NCBI GenBank assembly: GCA_030141605.1
Contig: JAQGDQ010000198.1
Coordinates: forward strand, 62,001-126,000
From: Tubiluchus corallicola
Taxonomy: Eukaryota > Animalia > Priapulida
DNA: 64,000 nt
Direction of reading: 5' to 3'
In this document: one piece after another, positions 34,005 through 47,200 of the stretch
Numbering within the stretch: the stretch's first letter is position 1
How the letters are laid out: every line of letters begins with the position of its first letter
Made by a program: the position numbers and the translations under genes
Notes under the pieces: generated by a model
What the model saw: the letters and a program-made list of their open reading frames with translations, nothing else
Told to the model about the DNA's origin: nothing
Database searches by the model: none

Positions 34005-37000
34005 CTGGAAAATTGTAATAAATAATATTTCAGTGTGAAGCCACTTTTACGAAAAACGACAAGTAGTTCTAGAACATTTGTATAATCAAGCACTTTAAGC
34101 ATACTGCTTTCACAATACTGTGAACTGTAAAATTACTGTGTGCTGGAGATGTTTGCGAATTCTGCGAGCAGGGCCAGACAAAAAATATCGATGTGTATAA
34201 ATTACACTGCTATTTAAGTGAGATTGTTTGATAGTACTTGTTTAGTTTATAAAGCTAAAACTTTTATGGAACAATTTATCTATAGAAAGGAAATCCTGGT
34301 TTTTGCTTTTATTAATGCAGCTGTAAGTTTTTTATGCTCACAAATGTAACAAGTTAAATGATTGGTTATTCCACAGATTTTCCTTTCTTTACTCTAGGTC
34401 TATTACGAAAGGGTCAACTGGCAATGTGTTAACACTGTAAAATTAGGGCTACCGGGTCAGCACCAGATTAAGCCATAAGCAAAATAAGGACATGTTTAGG
34501 GTCTCTGGGAAGAGATGCACCAACACAGTTTTCAATATGACGGTACAGATGAGAATCGAGATTCTTGCTATTGAGCAGCCTGAACTGCTCACTGCCCATA
34601 TGATCACGTTGACTGGTAATATAATGGGTCACAATATATTTCAAGCATGGTAATACTTACAAAAATGTGACGATACTGAAAACAAGATAATTTTGCTTTT
34701 GACTGTATGTATATTGTCACATGGTGGTGACGATGACTACGTGACTACTATAAATAAGTCTTACTGCAAGGTTTTTTCAAAGATAAAAGTTACTTTTGCA
34801 GCTTACTATCATTTTTATTCTCAATTACACACATACGGGGGCACCATAATCTTTTCGGTGCTTAGGGCCTCCTGAGATCTTAATTTGCCCCTGCCACGTT
34901 TGTTACGAATTAATCTGCTATACATATAACTACCTGCCTAATAACGGGGCAGCCAGAGGCTATGGCAGCCATATGATCAATAATTAGAAATACCTGTTTT
35001 TTTTAGCAAAACCCTAGCTTCACTCAGAAAACCTAAAGTTTTGCTACCGAAACTATAGTTTTCTGAGAGAAATTATGATTTTCGAACAAAACTCGAGATT
35101 TTTAAACAAAACTACGGTTTCCTAACAAAACCCATCATTTCTGAATAACATTGAGCTTTTCAAATAAAATCCAAGATCTTTGAGTGAAACTATGGTTTAA
35201 AGACAAAATCTATGATTTCAGTGTAATGATGGCATTCCTCGTGGGTGGTGGCAATTAGTAATTTATGCAATACTAGTAAGCGCACTTAACTCTTTGTTAG
35301 CGTTACGAGACTGAAACTAAGCTTCTGAGTACGGAGTTTTCCTAGCGGTATATGTGTACCTGTTTCTTTTATTCTAATAATAGCCAATTTGAATAAGCAC
35401 GAAAAAAGAAAAAATACATTATAACAACTGGCCATTTCAAGAACTACAATAGGAGTTTTTGCTATCAGACAGAGTCAACCCCGACAGTAACTGGAGTTTT
35501 CACAGTTTAAAAGAGTTTGTGCACAAGATTCCACCAATCTGCGTAATCACAACTGAGTTCAAATGTAAACTGTTACTTATCTCTGGAGTGAGTGCTCACT
35601 ACATCAGTCAATTGGCAATCATGGTGGCACACCCATCATCTCTCCATGGACCACCCGAAAGTCTCCGAAACACCACATTCCGTGGCTTGACAGTGCTAGG
35701 TGTCAGTCCGTCCACCACAATGACAACTACTGCAAGGCTGTGTGGAAGGTTCAAAATGGTTTTTCCTTCACTCAGTTGCATTACAAGACATTGTCCATAC
35801 AAGTAGTATTATACCATTTATAACTAACTTAACTAACTGTCCAGGATTTTCACCAATAAAATGTCAACTCAGCCAATTTCAACAAATAAAACATAAATGT
35901 GTCCTCAAAATTACAAGCCCAACATTATAACTGCCATATTTTCCAGCTTATCCAACTTGTCTATATCAAAAAGTGCATTCTCTCAGTTACAGGAAGAGTT
36001 CATTTCATTTCAAGGTAGTTTGATATCTTAGACTAGTAACTATAGCACTATAAAGGCTGAATGTGAGTGTAAAACACCCCTGCAAATAGAGCCAAAACCA
36101 ACACACTTTTAAAATAACCTTCTTAATACTGACATTTAGGATAACTGTGAGTGCCTAATATATTATTAAAACAACAGCAACAAAAAATGAAGTAAACTAT
36201 GCAGGTAGTTTCCTTGTACAAAAGCAAACTTAGTTAGGTCTCTTTAATCGAACAAAACATTTGTCACTGAACCAAGTTGTATAAAATAATGTACAAAGGT
36301 GGTTGCTTGTAATGCGCAAGAACACAATTTAGCTAAGGGCTGACATAGTCTGGTCCATCACATTCAGGAGTGAAACTGAGATTTAACAACAAAAGGCCAG
36401 TTTCACAAAGCAGTCACTAAGTTAATGAGGTCGTTACTATGATTTTAATGAGTTCATTAACATTTGCATTTCACAAAGCTATCAATACTTTAAAGACGTC
36501 ACTATTTAGCGACAAAATTAGTGGCGAGCAAAAGTAGTTGTTAAGCGATCACAACACGATTATAGCAAGCAGCTGGATAATAGCCTTTTTGAGCAGTATT
36601 TATTTTTTCTTTAAAAAAATTCTTTATTATTACTGCATAAGAATCATACAAAATTCTTAGCACAGTATGTCAACCAATTTACAAAATTTATACAAACCCA
36701 TACTGACTAAACTCATAACTAGAAGAAATTATTATACTATTTACCTGCGATTTTTAGGCTCTAAAGCATGTGGTACTAAGCAATACTACGGATTTCCCCT
36801 TTTCAACCTCTGTAATCATCATTTCCAATTCTTGTTTACTAAATAATTATATGGTTTTCGCTTTTTCAACCTCTGTAATCATTATTTCCAATTCTTGTTT
36901 ACCAAATAATTACATGGCCTTTCTTTTTTCAATCACTGTGATCATTGCTTTCAATTCCTGTTTATTTCGAAATAATTATATGACTTCCAATTTTCAAACT

Positions 37001-40000
37001 CTGTAATCATTATTTCCAATTCTTTAACAGCTAATTTTGGTCGTTTGATTTCCTGTCCGTTTGAGCTGAAGCTAAAATATAATTTGGCATTGACTTGGCT
37101 TATTATTGAAAAATCAAGAATTATTTTTGTTATTACATGATGCTTAATGGTTAATGGAAAGTAATTTTATTTTTTTAGCAGAAAAGACTTAAGACTAGTA
37201 TAGAATAATTAAAAAACGAAATGCTTTTTCGGTGCATAGGTGGCAAAAAATATGTTGCCCGCCTAACATTTTTTGATCATCTTTGAACCTTCTCCACCCT
37301 TATCACAAATACGCAAACTGCCAGGATTATATTATTAATTATATACACCAGCTATTAGCTCAATTAGCCACTTCCATTTTCAAAACACAAATTTAAGTCT
37401 GCTATAATCACACATATGGTAGAATGTCTAAGTACAGATAAAGGGTTATGTTTCTAGTTCAGATGTGGAAAAACGTTTAAATATCACATTCGTGTAAACT
37501 ATCACTTGATAAGAAGTGTTTTACAGACGGTTTATTATCTCTCTTTTGTCACTCTATACTATAGGGTGACACAAAAGTCACTTTGCCCTAAAAAGTTGAA
37601 AGTTAGTTTCATTTTATTGGTGTTCATTAATAAATATTGAATTTTAAAAGAGTTTACCATGATGAAATACACAAATTCTCAAACAATGAAGACTGATATC
37701 AAATTTTGCTTCGAAAACAATTTCACTTATCCTGAGACGGATCACAGGCCTGACATATATTGTTACAGGTGTCAGCAGAGCAGAGCAAGTGCCCATAAAG
37801 TAATAACAATAAAGCTTCATTGCTGCACATTTATTAGCAAATATTATTATTGTTATTACTTATTTAGGCACAAATAAGTACAATAAAGAAAAAGTGAAAA
37901 AGCAGACAAAGAACATAAAAAGGCATATGAACAATAAGGGTTTCACTAGTGTGCCAGGGCCAGCAGCAACCAATTTAATCCCCAAACAGCAAGCTGCCTG
38001 CTGGCCTATACTAAAGAAATGAATAAGAGAATTAGTGATAATAAATGAAAACTAAAACAAGATAAAATGTACAAAAATTAAACAAAAAACACAAAATATC
38101 AGATATAAACACATTTTTAAATAAACTGATTAAGAAAAGTAAAAACTGTAAGAAAACCATTGTGAAATTAAAAAAACTGTTGAAATACTAACCAATTGCC
38201 GTACTAGCACCCAAGTAAAAACATATTCGTTATTCATCTAGTAATTTACAGCTTTACTAACTCAGACAGTGGAACAGAAATTAACTGACTATGCTGTTTG
38301 CCTGACTTGAGAGAACCATTTTTTCTTTGGGTGTCATAAGGAAAGAAGAAGAAGAAAAGCCCAATGCTAATTAGGATAGATGGATAGGGCACCTATTTTT
38401 GTACCCTCAGCACCCAAGGCTCGCCCATTGCTCATCTACCTTCTTTTCCTAGTACATAACCAGGTACACAAATAAGGCTGAGTAAACCTAAGACGGCTAG
38501 TGAGTCTTGCATGTAGAAAGGATTACGGAAAGGTTTAAAGAAAGGTTTTATATGACTACACCTCAAACACTTCAAAAGGTACAAAATGATATTTGACAAG
38601 AAAGCAAAGCTGAAATTTTACATACTGTTAGGGCATACCATTCCAAGAATAACAATAAATATATTTAAAAGAATTTTTGCTTATGGCTTTTCATTGAGAA
38701 CGTTTTTTGTTTTTAATTTTTCAAAAGAAAAGTGGCTTGGAGCCATCCTGAATTAAGCATATCTCCTAATTTACATGTTGATTTAAGACATGACGACAAT
38801 TATACATGTACAAACAAGAATAAGCAACATGGCAAAGAGATACCAAATATAATATATAACAGTAAAGTCTGTAATATAAAGTTAATATGCTAAGACAGTG
38901 TGATCGAGAATAGTCTTAAGTTATTCCTTCTTGCTCATGGTACTGTGTTAACTTCATCAAACTGAAGGCCCTAAAACATAGATGTGCTCTTAACTTTGTG
39001 AATGTCATACCAGCACGAAAACTTCATCCAGTGCTCAAGCTACTGCAAATGTGCAGTAACAAAAGGAGAAAGCAAAAATATCCAAACTCCTCCAGACAGA
39101 GACCCTACACCGTACTCAATATGCTATTGTTTACCTTAAGCCAGTTCAGAAATTCTGGTGGAGCGTATTAAATTAATTTAAGCAAACACATTTATGAAAC
39201 AATTACAGCTGTCACCTGCAAATGAAATTGAAATGAATCACAATAGCAACTAATAAGAAATGTTAGTTATTTGAGTTCAGGGTTGCCGCTTGTACGGATA
39301 GTGACTTAAGTGACTAAGACTTAGTTTCTGACTTACATAGGGCTTCGCTCAGAAATATCAGGTATTTCTAATTATTGAACATTTGGCTTGCCAGCAGTTC
39401 TTTATTACAATGCTGTGCTGCAGAAACAGGCTTTGAAGCTCACTTTGCAAACAAGACGTTAAAGCTCAGTTTACGCATATTTGAATCAGTTTTTTTCTGG
39501 TTTATAGTATTCAATTCTGCCCTTGCTAACATGGCAGTGAATGTTTTTGAATAAACATTTTGTATGTTATAAACTAGTGTACATGATACTGCGTGAATCA
39601 TTGTCTAAAAGTCTTCAAATGTGTTAAATACAAACCTCTTCATCCTGTGTCCATTTTCTGCGTCTGTGTCGATATTTACCACGTTCACGCTTTGAACGAC
39701 CTAAAAACAAATAACTTTAAATAAATTAATGTCTGAAAAGCAAAATCTATATAAGTTTTGATGCTTTTTTCGTAATCTGCTCTGAAATTATTCATGAACA
39801 AAAGAGTAAGATCATCTTGGCTTATGCATGATAATGGCAGTTTATTATTGCATAAAAAGTGAAAATATATTGCACCTACTGAAAAGCGTCAGACAACACA
39901 AATGCATTTACTGTAATATTAACGGGTTGCTATTTACTGATAGGTTGCTTCAATGTGCATTCAAAGCCACTTAAGTGGTCAGTAAAAAGTTAAAGGCTTA

Positions 40001-43000
40001 CAGCAAAAAATTAAGAATGAAAAGCAAAAACAAGGTTATTCTCAGCCTGAACTTCCATTAGAGAGTTGCCAACTCATTCATACATTAGTTGTAGTCAATT
40101 GTTGGTCACATTAAAGAGCAATGGCCAAGTTGAGAGCATGAGAATTGTCAACCACTTACAATACGCTACAGTGAACATGATGTGTTGGGTATTCATCGAT
40201 CTTGAGTTGCTTGCATGGCCAAAGAATAAGTGATTTCAGAAGAGAAGCTAACTTGTGTTAAGAAAATTTTGGCTTCACGGTTTTTTGATCAGATTTTATA
40301 AACATAAATCAAAATTGATTTGCCTACAATCAGTGGATAATCAAAAAATTACCTAAAAGAGGTGCTGAAATACAAATGATCTTGTTACTTAGAACCCTAT
40401 CAAGTACAATAGAAACACACACACAAATACAAAGGAAACTTAACTTCAAAAGAGGCTAATATATCTTAGAAGTTTTCATTATACAGCACTGTGCAAAAAT
40501 GTTGGTGCAGTTGGAGAAATTCTTGTAACAAATGTAATAAACTCACCTGCTCGATTTGATGATGATCCCTGTTGAGGTGCACGACTTGAGTTGGATTCTA
40601 CTTCACTGCCTGTTTCGGAAGTACTCCTCTGCCTATCAGACAATGAAAATTAAAATAGCTTATACGTACAGATCCTACTTAACAACGGTATGCAGCCTAC
40701 AGGAAGTCCTACAACTATATGACTAATAGCAATTCAGTTTTTTTCTACAATTCTTCATGATATTGTGATGTACAGTTTGTGCCAAAGAAGCAACTTCCAA
40801 AAAAGTAAATACGAGTAGACTGTCATCTTTAACAAGAACTAAAAAATGACACTTGATACTTGTGTTATTAAGCTTGCTTTAAAAGCACTTTGCTAAGAAA
40901 ATGTGATTCATTGTAATAATTTATACATGGGAACCAGTAATTAGCAGATATTTGCTTTTTTTATTCTGGTTGTACATAAAAAGGAAAGGAAAGACACAGT
41001 ATTTACTATATTTTGAACGTTTCTAGGACATTCTTTGCAAAAGTTATGACTCTCAGATGTATAAATTGCTTCGAAATAGGCCATCCTACATTGGGCGTTA
41101 TACCGCTAGCTGGAAATCTTCCATAGTCAGCATTTCAGCAATAGCTCTAAGTAATCCAAATGATTTTTTTTCAAAATTTTACTTTAAACCACGTACAAAT
41201 ACTTCTGGACGTTCTTGTACAACTATCTTGTATTAGCTTTGAGGCTCTTTGGAAAGAAAAAGAAGAGGGCTGCAGGGCACCGTGTGTCTCTTACAGAAAC
41301 AAGCATGCATTTTTGTCATCACATCAATTATTCATTGCTGAATGAACAGGGGCTGTAGCAGACTTAGCTATTTTTTTAAGCCATCTGTGGCGGTACTGTA
41401 AAGCTTTTAGTTTTGGACAGCTTTCAGTTGTTGCCTGCTAGTCAGTCACCTGTCTGTTCACTCACCTGTGCTCTGAACAGTCAAGTATTTCCACTTTATG
41501 GAACATTTAATGTGCTGATTTCGTTAAAATAAAGCATTCAGTGGTATTAACCTCTGTTGAAACGTTTCTGTCATGACAGGGATGTATCAAGACTTTATGA
41601 TAACCTAGGCTGACAGTACTGTCCCGCACACCTCCATTGTGAATTTATGGTTGCTTATCAATGAGTAGTCCAAACAATTACTTGTGGTGTATTAGAAACA
41701 TTATTATCATAGTTTGTACGTAGTCATTATTAAATACATGTATTTGCGTTGAGCTAATATTCAACCAGGCTGAGCAACTGCTTGTTATGTAATACCGTCT
41801 ACCTGTTCATTATGTGGCACTTATATAAAAGCTGAACTCAGTAACTGCCTATGGTGTGTTATAAAATGTGCCATTTACATAAATATAAAAGTAAACATAT
41901 CTTCCAAGGAGAACAAGAATTTTTTCTAAAATATGACGCCGCTCAAACTTTGGCACCCTGGGCTATAGTCTAGTTAGCCTAATGGTTAATATTCACCCTG
42001 TGAAAAAATACTAATATGAGAACAACCAATTACTATCAATAAGCACAATACATTTTTAAGACGACATTGCTTCTCTGTTGTATTACATCTCTCTATATCA
42101 GAAATCATATTTGCCCATTTTTGGTGCCTCTGCCACTGTCAGTCAGACGTTCATTCAACAGAGGATGTTACAGGTACGGTTTGCTTTTTATAAGGCAGAA
42201 GTTTTTGAACTATTCTTTGAAGGTTCCCATCCAAATTTCATAAAATACTTGCATAACAGTTTCCAGGGAAGAGTGACCTTTGAAATTATCTGTGAGCTCA
42301 GTGTACACGGTACAACATTTCATAGAAAAACACATTGAATGACAGATTAGAAAGGGCACAATTCAGGTTTAAAATTTAGCCATTTTTCATTGAGAATTTA
42401 TAATACGGCTTAAATTTATCAGAAGCTCGCGTTTTTGCAAGTGAAAATACACACGCACGCTCGCACGCACACACACACACACTTTATATGTGCTCTAATA
42501 ACTTGTATCATACCGGTGTGATGTTGAAGCATTAATATTGATGTTATTCAAAAATTCAGGCGTGTTTGGTTGTTGTTCATCACCTGCAAATAAATGTAAA
42601 CCTTCCTATAACAATGTACAGTCAGTATTCCCAACCAGACATATACTGCACAAAACATAAAAAACTGACATATACTGTAGATAAGCAAATGGAAAACAGT
42701 GCATGCAAAATGGAAAAAAGACTGACCTTCCAGAAATTTTGTGCTTGACTTAGCCTAGCAAACTCTTCAGTTTTACGGATAACTGCTGACCGTACTAAAT
42801 GCCGAGTATCATAAAAAATGATAAAATATGAACCAATAGTTTTAGCCACTAGCTACTTTAAAATAGCAATAAAGATAATATTTAGCGTACACAGAATATT
42901 TGATTTGTAATTTCATTTTTTTAATACTACAATGAGGCGCTGACCAATGAACACAAGTTATTTGTTACGTAATCTACATTTACATTTATTATTATGACAG

Positions 43001-44171
43001 GAATCAGTGTTTTATTTTGTATCACCTGAAAGCAGCAGTGATTTAAAAGTATCCAAGATTTTTTTAGCGCAGTTGAGGTCTTCAAATGTCAGGAACGCTT
43101 TTAATACAAATGTTACCAAAAATATTATTCTTAAACATGGTCTATAACAAACAAATATTTCATAAATACTGCTTTTAATTACTAAGACATATCTACCACT
43201 TATGCTGCTGATTTCAAATGCTTCTTCATTTTCCTCGCTAAAAAGTTTACGCTTAGATGGCCTCTTTATGACAGGTTTGGGTGAGTTGGAGCTATTGTCA
43301 TCAATACTACAGTTTTTCTTGTTCACTGAAAAAAATAGTATTTCTTTGTCATTTTAACAATTTGCTAATCACTATAATGAATAAGTGCTGACAAACTGAT
43401 TTACTTACTTTTAATGTGTTCCTGTACACCGATAATGTTATATTTTGAAAATTAATACGAACTGTTCAAAATCTTTAAACAATTCAACAATAAATTAAGT
43501 GAAAAAATAAGATATCTGTCTTCAAAATAATATGGATAACGGCGATATATGTAATATCAATAAAAACATGCCTCGTGGATTTGATTCTGGTGTAGAATTT
43601 TGTTTGCTAGCACTAGATTTCACTTCAGAACCGCTTTTCTTAGCCTGCTTTTGAGATTCATCTGAACCACTCCTAGCACGTTTGGGAGGTTCAAAGTTTT
43701 TATTATCTGTTTCAGCATCAAAAGAATCTTCGTTTGACTGACGTTCACGCCCTTGTTTCTATAAAAAATGAACATCTGTTTTTAAAAAACTGAAAAATTT
43801 TCTAAGAAAACTATATATATATATATACAACATATACATACATATGTGTGTGTGTACTATAGTAATTATCTAACTATATTTTACCATATAATATATATAT
43901 ATAGTCAATTATAGTTAGATAATTAGTTAAATGTATCTGTAATTATTTCAAATACACACACATATAGGAACCGCCATATGCGCCCACGGATGATATATAT
44001 CATCAGTGGGCGCCGCTATGCTTACTGCATATACACATACAACGTCTTTTGTGTTGGAAAGCACTTCTGGACCATACAGACCTGACTTGCATCTAATTAG
44101 CCTTACAGAATCTGCAAAACCAATTGAGGACCTAAGTCGACGACTACCTGCATGTATATTGCTTGTACAGA

Positions 44172-44224
<53 letters not shown>

Positions 44225-44231
44225 GTGTGTT

Positions 44232-44273
<42 letters not shown>

Positions 44274-47200
44274 TCCATTTAATCATCACACCATTTTGTT
44301 TTTATTAACTAATAACATTGATTCTCTTATTAAACGTATTGTAATAAGGCAATAAATAAATTACTTACTTACTACTTAATAAACAAATACATGTTTCATG
44401 ACATACATGGCAAAACAATCAGTAAAGCTAAGAGAAGATCAACTAGCTCAACAAAATTAGATCAATCATTTAAAAAATGATATCCAAACAGTAGGAAACA
44501 CTAGCAATAAAGATGAAACAGACAAAATACCGGAGGAGTAGCCTTGTTCTTTTTTGCACTAGGCACTAACTCAGAAGTGGTTCTACGTGACACAACTCTC
44601 CTCTCTGTTTGTGCTACAGAAGTTGATCTGCTTGATAGTAAAACAAAAGAAAATTTTTTATTAGTAATCAGTAAAAACATCACTAATTAAAGTGAACAAT
44701 TTAATTACTGAAAATGGATCTACCAAATTCGCCATGGCAAACAACCTACACAATCACAAAACCACTGACAGGCAATCTGAGTATTAGATGGAATGGAAGT
44801 TGAAATTCACATTGAATCATGACAATTTTAACCAAATACAAAAATACCAATCTATGATGAAAAATTTAAATGTCAATATCTTAAATCGATAACAGAAAGC
44901 ACTGTGATAGCACTGCAATGATACAACAAAAGTCATTCTACTCGTTGTGTAACATACTTTTCAGTGGGATGCGCTTTTCGTTTTGATGGCTTCCCATTTT
45001 GATGACTGAATGCAGCATTTGTGCTAGCTAATAACTTTGTTTCCCCAGAATTGCCTGAGTCAGAGCTTCTTAACAGCTTGGATGAAGCAATGCTGCCTGA
45101 CCTCGTAGCTATGCGTTCTTTTTCTTTCGTAGTTGCTAGGGAAAATTCGCCACATGCAGAACTTTTCTGCAAATGTATAACCATATTTCAATAAAGATAT
45201 GCTGAAGTGACTTTTTATACCTTTTAGTTACGCCTTTTGCAAGAAAGTTAGGCATGTGACAGCAGGACCTATTTAATGTAGATGGTTGCGAAGGAAACGC
45301 ATTTACTATCTGTTTCCTATCATTTGAAGCCTTGAAACATGAACAACAACAAAATATCTAGCTATCTTAAACAAGCAAGACCTACTTGCTTGACAGTCAC
45401 GTCAAACCAGCATCACGTCTTGACACTAGTTGGGGTCATGTCGAAAAAGCAAAAATATGGCCGTAATTTGAAATTCAAGTGATATAAATTTGAAATATGA
45501 TGTAATTATAAACTTGAAACTTATTTATTAAAGAACTAGATATATTTGCTGACGTTTGCTTGCTCCATAAAATATTAGTCATATAACAACCAACACCTAT
45601 AATCAGCTAGATTTCAATTGTAATATGATCTCTCAGACCACTAGATAGTCAAATTTACTTTTTATTCCTATTGTAAAATCTAATTCAGGTACAAAACAGC
45701 TTATCGCCAGATCAAGCAAGCATTACAATCAGCACGCAGTGAAACTGAATTAAGTAAAATTACAATATTTGAAACATTTAAAAATTTTGAAAAAAAAAAC
45801 TCAGGGAACTACTTATAAATAGTTTCATTAGTTAACAATGTATTTTATTTTCTTTTTAACTCTAATCAAGCTTTACAACCATGCTTTTATGCAACATTAA
45901 TTAGGATATCTCTTTACTTTTTATATTTATTATTTATATTTTGTACTTCCATACGCTATTATAAACTGTGCAAAGAAAAATCTCATTTATGGGGCCTGTA
46001 CACGTAATGTAAAAATAAAAAAGGAAATAAAATAGACTCTTGAGCCACAGGCTTCTAATATACATGTCCTTGTGAGAAAAACATAAATCACAATCACCAG
46101 AAGAACAACAAAGTGAACATACCTCTGAGCATTCATCCGATGCATCATTCCCTTTCTCAGATTCACACTGTTTCGTATGTTCTGTATAAACTTGAATGTA
46201 CTTTTCTCCAGCCTATCAAAATTATGTTCAAGATAATTAAAACAAAAAAAACAGCAAATCAATCAAAAATACAACTATGCTCATGTGTATTTGATGAAAT
46301 AGTAGACCAACACTACCAACCTTGCAGCAAAGGCTTAAAGATCAGATATTAGTTATTACAAAAACGATTACCCCATTATACATATTTACCTTAAACAGCT
46401 TGATGAGTTTAATAAAAGGTGAATTTTTATCAATATTGTAAGTCCGTCATTTAGGTTACAGTGGTATTAGTTTTTGTTATTTTGTTTATGCAATTAACAA
46501 GCAAATATATACTTATCACTACTGGTGAACACGCAGGTATTAAAATTTTAAATTGTGTAATGGCCAAGATAACTATTAAATATTGTTGCAAATGTATTAC
46601 GAAAAAGGTCATTAGTAAATACATCATAATCTGACTGACTTACATTTTTACAAAATACATAAAGTTAGCACATATAGCAAATTGTTAATTTACCAATTGT
46701 ACGGTAAAATGACATACTTGAGAAACAATTATTCCCATCTCATATGAGCACAAAATGGCAGACCTGTGCAAAGACTGTTAATTCCATTTGCAATGAGTCA
46801 GCTAATGAATTGTTAATTTCCTTGGAAATAATTTCCTAAGTTTATGAGCACACAAAAATAAAATCTCCAAGGCAATTCTCTATAGTGTTAATTGACACTC
46901 TGACAAGATCATTTAATCACATACACAGGGCAACAAAACATTGCATGATTGTTTATATTTTCCAGTTAGTAACTTAACCTTACTTAGGTTCAAACAAATA
47001 GGTACTAAAGATGAAGTTGTAGTCAAGTTATCACCTATTTGTTCTATTCAATAATATTTCCATCGGCTTTTTTTGCAATAGCATTTGAAACTGCTGGTTT
47101 TATATATATATATATATATATAAAATTAAAAATTTAACAAACTGATATAAAAAATAATTATTTTAATGTATTTTATTACTCCTCATAAATAGTCTGTTTA

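Noticed and set aside
35459-35806. Overlapping 115-aa/64-aa ORFs in a GC-richer patch of the last TRF intron
   Set aside because: No recognisable motifs or convincing splice sites; possibly a repeat fragment.
43984-44147. Candidate TRF exon GSRRLRSSIGFADS after a cag acceptor
   Set aside because: Needs phase 1 entry, whereas flanking exons 44627-44531 and 43758-43572 already join in phase 0.
43948-44355. ORFs with HTHT / CVCV / RERE repeats
   Set aside because: Translation of the (GT)n(GA)n microsatellite.
45221-45268. 48-nt AG/GT-bounded segment (MPNFLAKGVTK) as TRF exon or separate gene start
   Set aside because: Its only open frame does not join in frame to the next exon using the strong donor; left unresolved.
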